Source: Heterodontus francisci
Lineage: Eukaryota
NCBI RefSeq assembly: GCF_036365525.1
Contig: NC_090387.1
Span: 31,870,675 to 31,934,674 of the forward strand
Length of the DNA stretch: 64,000 nucleotides
Direction: 5' to 3'
Made by a program: the position numbers and the translations under genes. Below the pieces are notes generated by a model. That model was not told the origin of the DNA and ran no database searches. It worked only from the letters and a program-made list of their open reading frames with translations. Shown here piece by piece: positions 61,848-64,000 of the stretch. The stretch's first letter is position 1. Each line of letters starts with the position of its first letter.

Positions 61848-63100
61848 ATTCATTCGTGGGATGTGGGCATCGCTGGCATAGCCAGAATTTACTTTCCCTC
61901 TCTAATTGCTCTTGAGAGGTGGTGGTGGTGAGCTGCTTCTTGAACTGCTGCAGTCCTTGTGTAAGTACACGCACAGTGCCGTTAGGGAGGTAGTTCCAGG
62001 ATTTTGGCTCAGTGACTGCGAAAGAACAACAATACATTGGCAAGTCAGGATGGCATGTGATTTTGAAGAGGCACCTGCAGGTGGTGGCATCTGCTACCCT
62101 TGCTCTTCTAGTTGGTAGAGGTTGCGGGCTTGGAAGGTACTGTTGAAGGAGCCTTGGTGTGTTGCTGCAGTGCATCTTATAGATGATGCACACTGCTGCC
62201 ACTGTGCACCGGTGATGGAGGGGGCGAATGGGATGCCAATCAAGTGGGCTACATTGTCCTGGATGGTGTCGATCTTCTTGAGTGTTGTTGGAGCTGCACC
62301 CATCCAGGCAAGTGGGGGGTGTTCCATCACACACCTAACTTGTGCCTTGTAGATGGTGGACAAGCTTTGGGGAGTCGGGAGGTGTTACTTGCCACAGAAT
62401 TCCGAGCCTTTGACCTGCTTTTGTGGCCACAATATTTTTGTGGCTGGTCCCATCAAGTTTATAGTCAATGATAACCCCAGGATGATGTTAGGGGGGGATT
62501 CAGCAATGGTAATGCCATTGAATGGCATGGGGAGATCATTAGATTCTCTCTTGCTGGAGATGGTCATTACCTGCCGCTTATGTGGCTTGAATGATATTAG
62601 CCCAAGTCTGAATGTTGTCCAAGTCTTGCTGCGTGCGGACACAGGCTGCTTTGTTATCTCAGGAGTTATGACTGGAACTGAACACTGTGCAATCAATAGC
62701 GAACGTTTCCACTTCTGACCTTGGGATGGGGGAAGGTCATTGAAGCAGCTGAAGATGGTTAGGCCTAGGACACTGCCCTGAAGAACTTCTGCAGCAATGT
62801 CCTGGGGCTGAGATGGTTGTGGTTTTTGGAGGCGAGTCATTTTTTTTGTGCTTGGTATGATTCCAGCCAGTATAGAGATTTCTCCCTGATTCCAGCCAGT
62901 ATAGAGATTTCCCCCTGATTCCCATTAACTTCAGTTTTACTCGGGTTTCTTGATGCCACACTCAGTTGAATGCTGCCTTGATGTCAAGGGCAGTCACACT
63001 CTCCTCATCTCCAGGAATTTAGTTGTTTTGTCCAAGTTTGGACCAAGCTGTAATGAGGTCTGAAGTTGATTAGTCCTGCCGAACCCAAACTGAGCCAGAC
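61848..63100 (-). mobile_element. CR1/L2-group LINE RT and 3' end
   Basis: VLQGSVLGLTIFSCFNDLP, IYKAQVR, SWNYLP on the minus strand; 29-bp tandem duplication at 62858-62915. Confidence 0.8.
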
Positions 63101-63699
63101 CAGATAAGAACGGCAAATTTCCTTCCCTAAAAGACATTATTGAACCAGATGGGCTTTTACAACAATCGACGATTGATAGTTTCAAGGCACCTTTTACTGA
63201 GACTAGCTTTCGATTCCAGATTTTTATTAATAATTTAATTTATTAATTAACTGAATTTAAATTCTTCCAACTGCAATGGTGAGATTTGAACCTGTGTCCC
63301 AAGGGCCTCTGGATTACTAGTTGTGACATTACCATTATGCCACTGCCTCCCCACATATCATACATTACAGCATATCTGCTGTAAGATATGATGCTGCGAC
63401 TATAAATATGTCGGGCTGTGTTCAAGTGTCAGGGTGGGGTTTGAACCTTCTGACTTGGAGATGTGTTTGCTGCCCCGAGCCAAGTCTGACACTTATTTTC
63501 AAACTCTGATTTGTACAAAAATGAGAAAACTATAACTATTTCTATGTACAGTGATGTTAATTCTGATTAACTGAATTTTTTTGCTGAAAGTTCTGAATTG
63601 GTGAGGTCTTAATTTGCTGTAGTCTAAATTCATAATCCTAACTTCTGTATGTTAATTGGTTTTTTGTTTCTATATTTGAGCAAGTTAGCATGCTTGTTG

Positions 63700-64000
63700 T
63701 CTTGTGTTCTAGCTTTACCAGGTTGGTAACTTTTTTTAGGTATGTTTGGTGCTGCTCCTGACATGCTCTCCAACTCTCCTCATTGAACCGGGAGAAATCA
63801 TCATGAGAGAGAAACCCATTTGACCTCATCCTTCACCAATCTACCTGTTGCAGATACATCTATCCATGATAGATTTGCTAAGAGTGACCACTGCATAGTC
63901 CTTGCGGAGACTAAGTCCCATCTTCATGCTGAGGACACCGCCCATTCATGTTGCGTGGCTGTACTAGCATGCTAAATGGGATAGATTCAGAACCGATCTA
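63700..64000 (+). mobile_element. LINE endonuclease fragment
   Basis: RENPFDLILTNLP..SDHCIVL, APE-type motifs. Confidence 0.6.

Overview
Vertebrate genomic DNA, very probably a shark or other cartilaginous fish (inferred from HE1-type V-SINEs, Deu-domain SINEs and esterase-bearing CR1 LINEs). The only host gene I can support is the 5' part of KARS1 (lysyl-tRNA synthetase, + strand): 8 exons from 39648 to 61477, continuing beyond the window, with an alternative mitochondrial-targeting exon and one GC-AG intron. Most of the rest is nested transposable elements: CR1 and RTE LINEs, PIF/Harbinger elements and their MITEs, solo LTRs, SINEs, a SWIM/MULE-like element and a Penelope-like fragment. Most entries in the ORF track are TE debris or spurious. 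I do not see a clearly new multi-gene system. The best leads are: (i) an identical 36-bp IRF-E/ISRE-containing module on both sides of KARS1 exon 1; (ii) a 198-bp TGT..ACA hairpin element sitting exactly between 137-bp direct repeats; (iii) a CpG-rich SWIM-domain element with an array of NRF1-type sites and no TSD; (iv) a decayed minimal hammerhead ribozyme; (v) a uORF/stop arrangement upstream of the mitochondrial KARS1 start. All calls were made by eye, and TE boundaries without a stated TSD are approximate.
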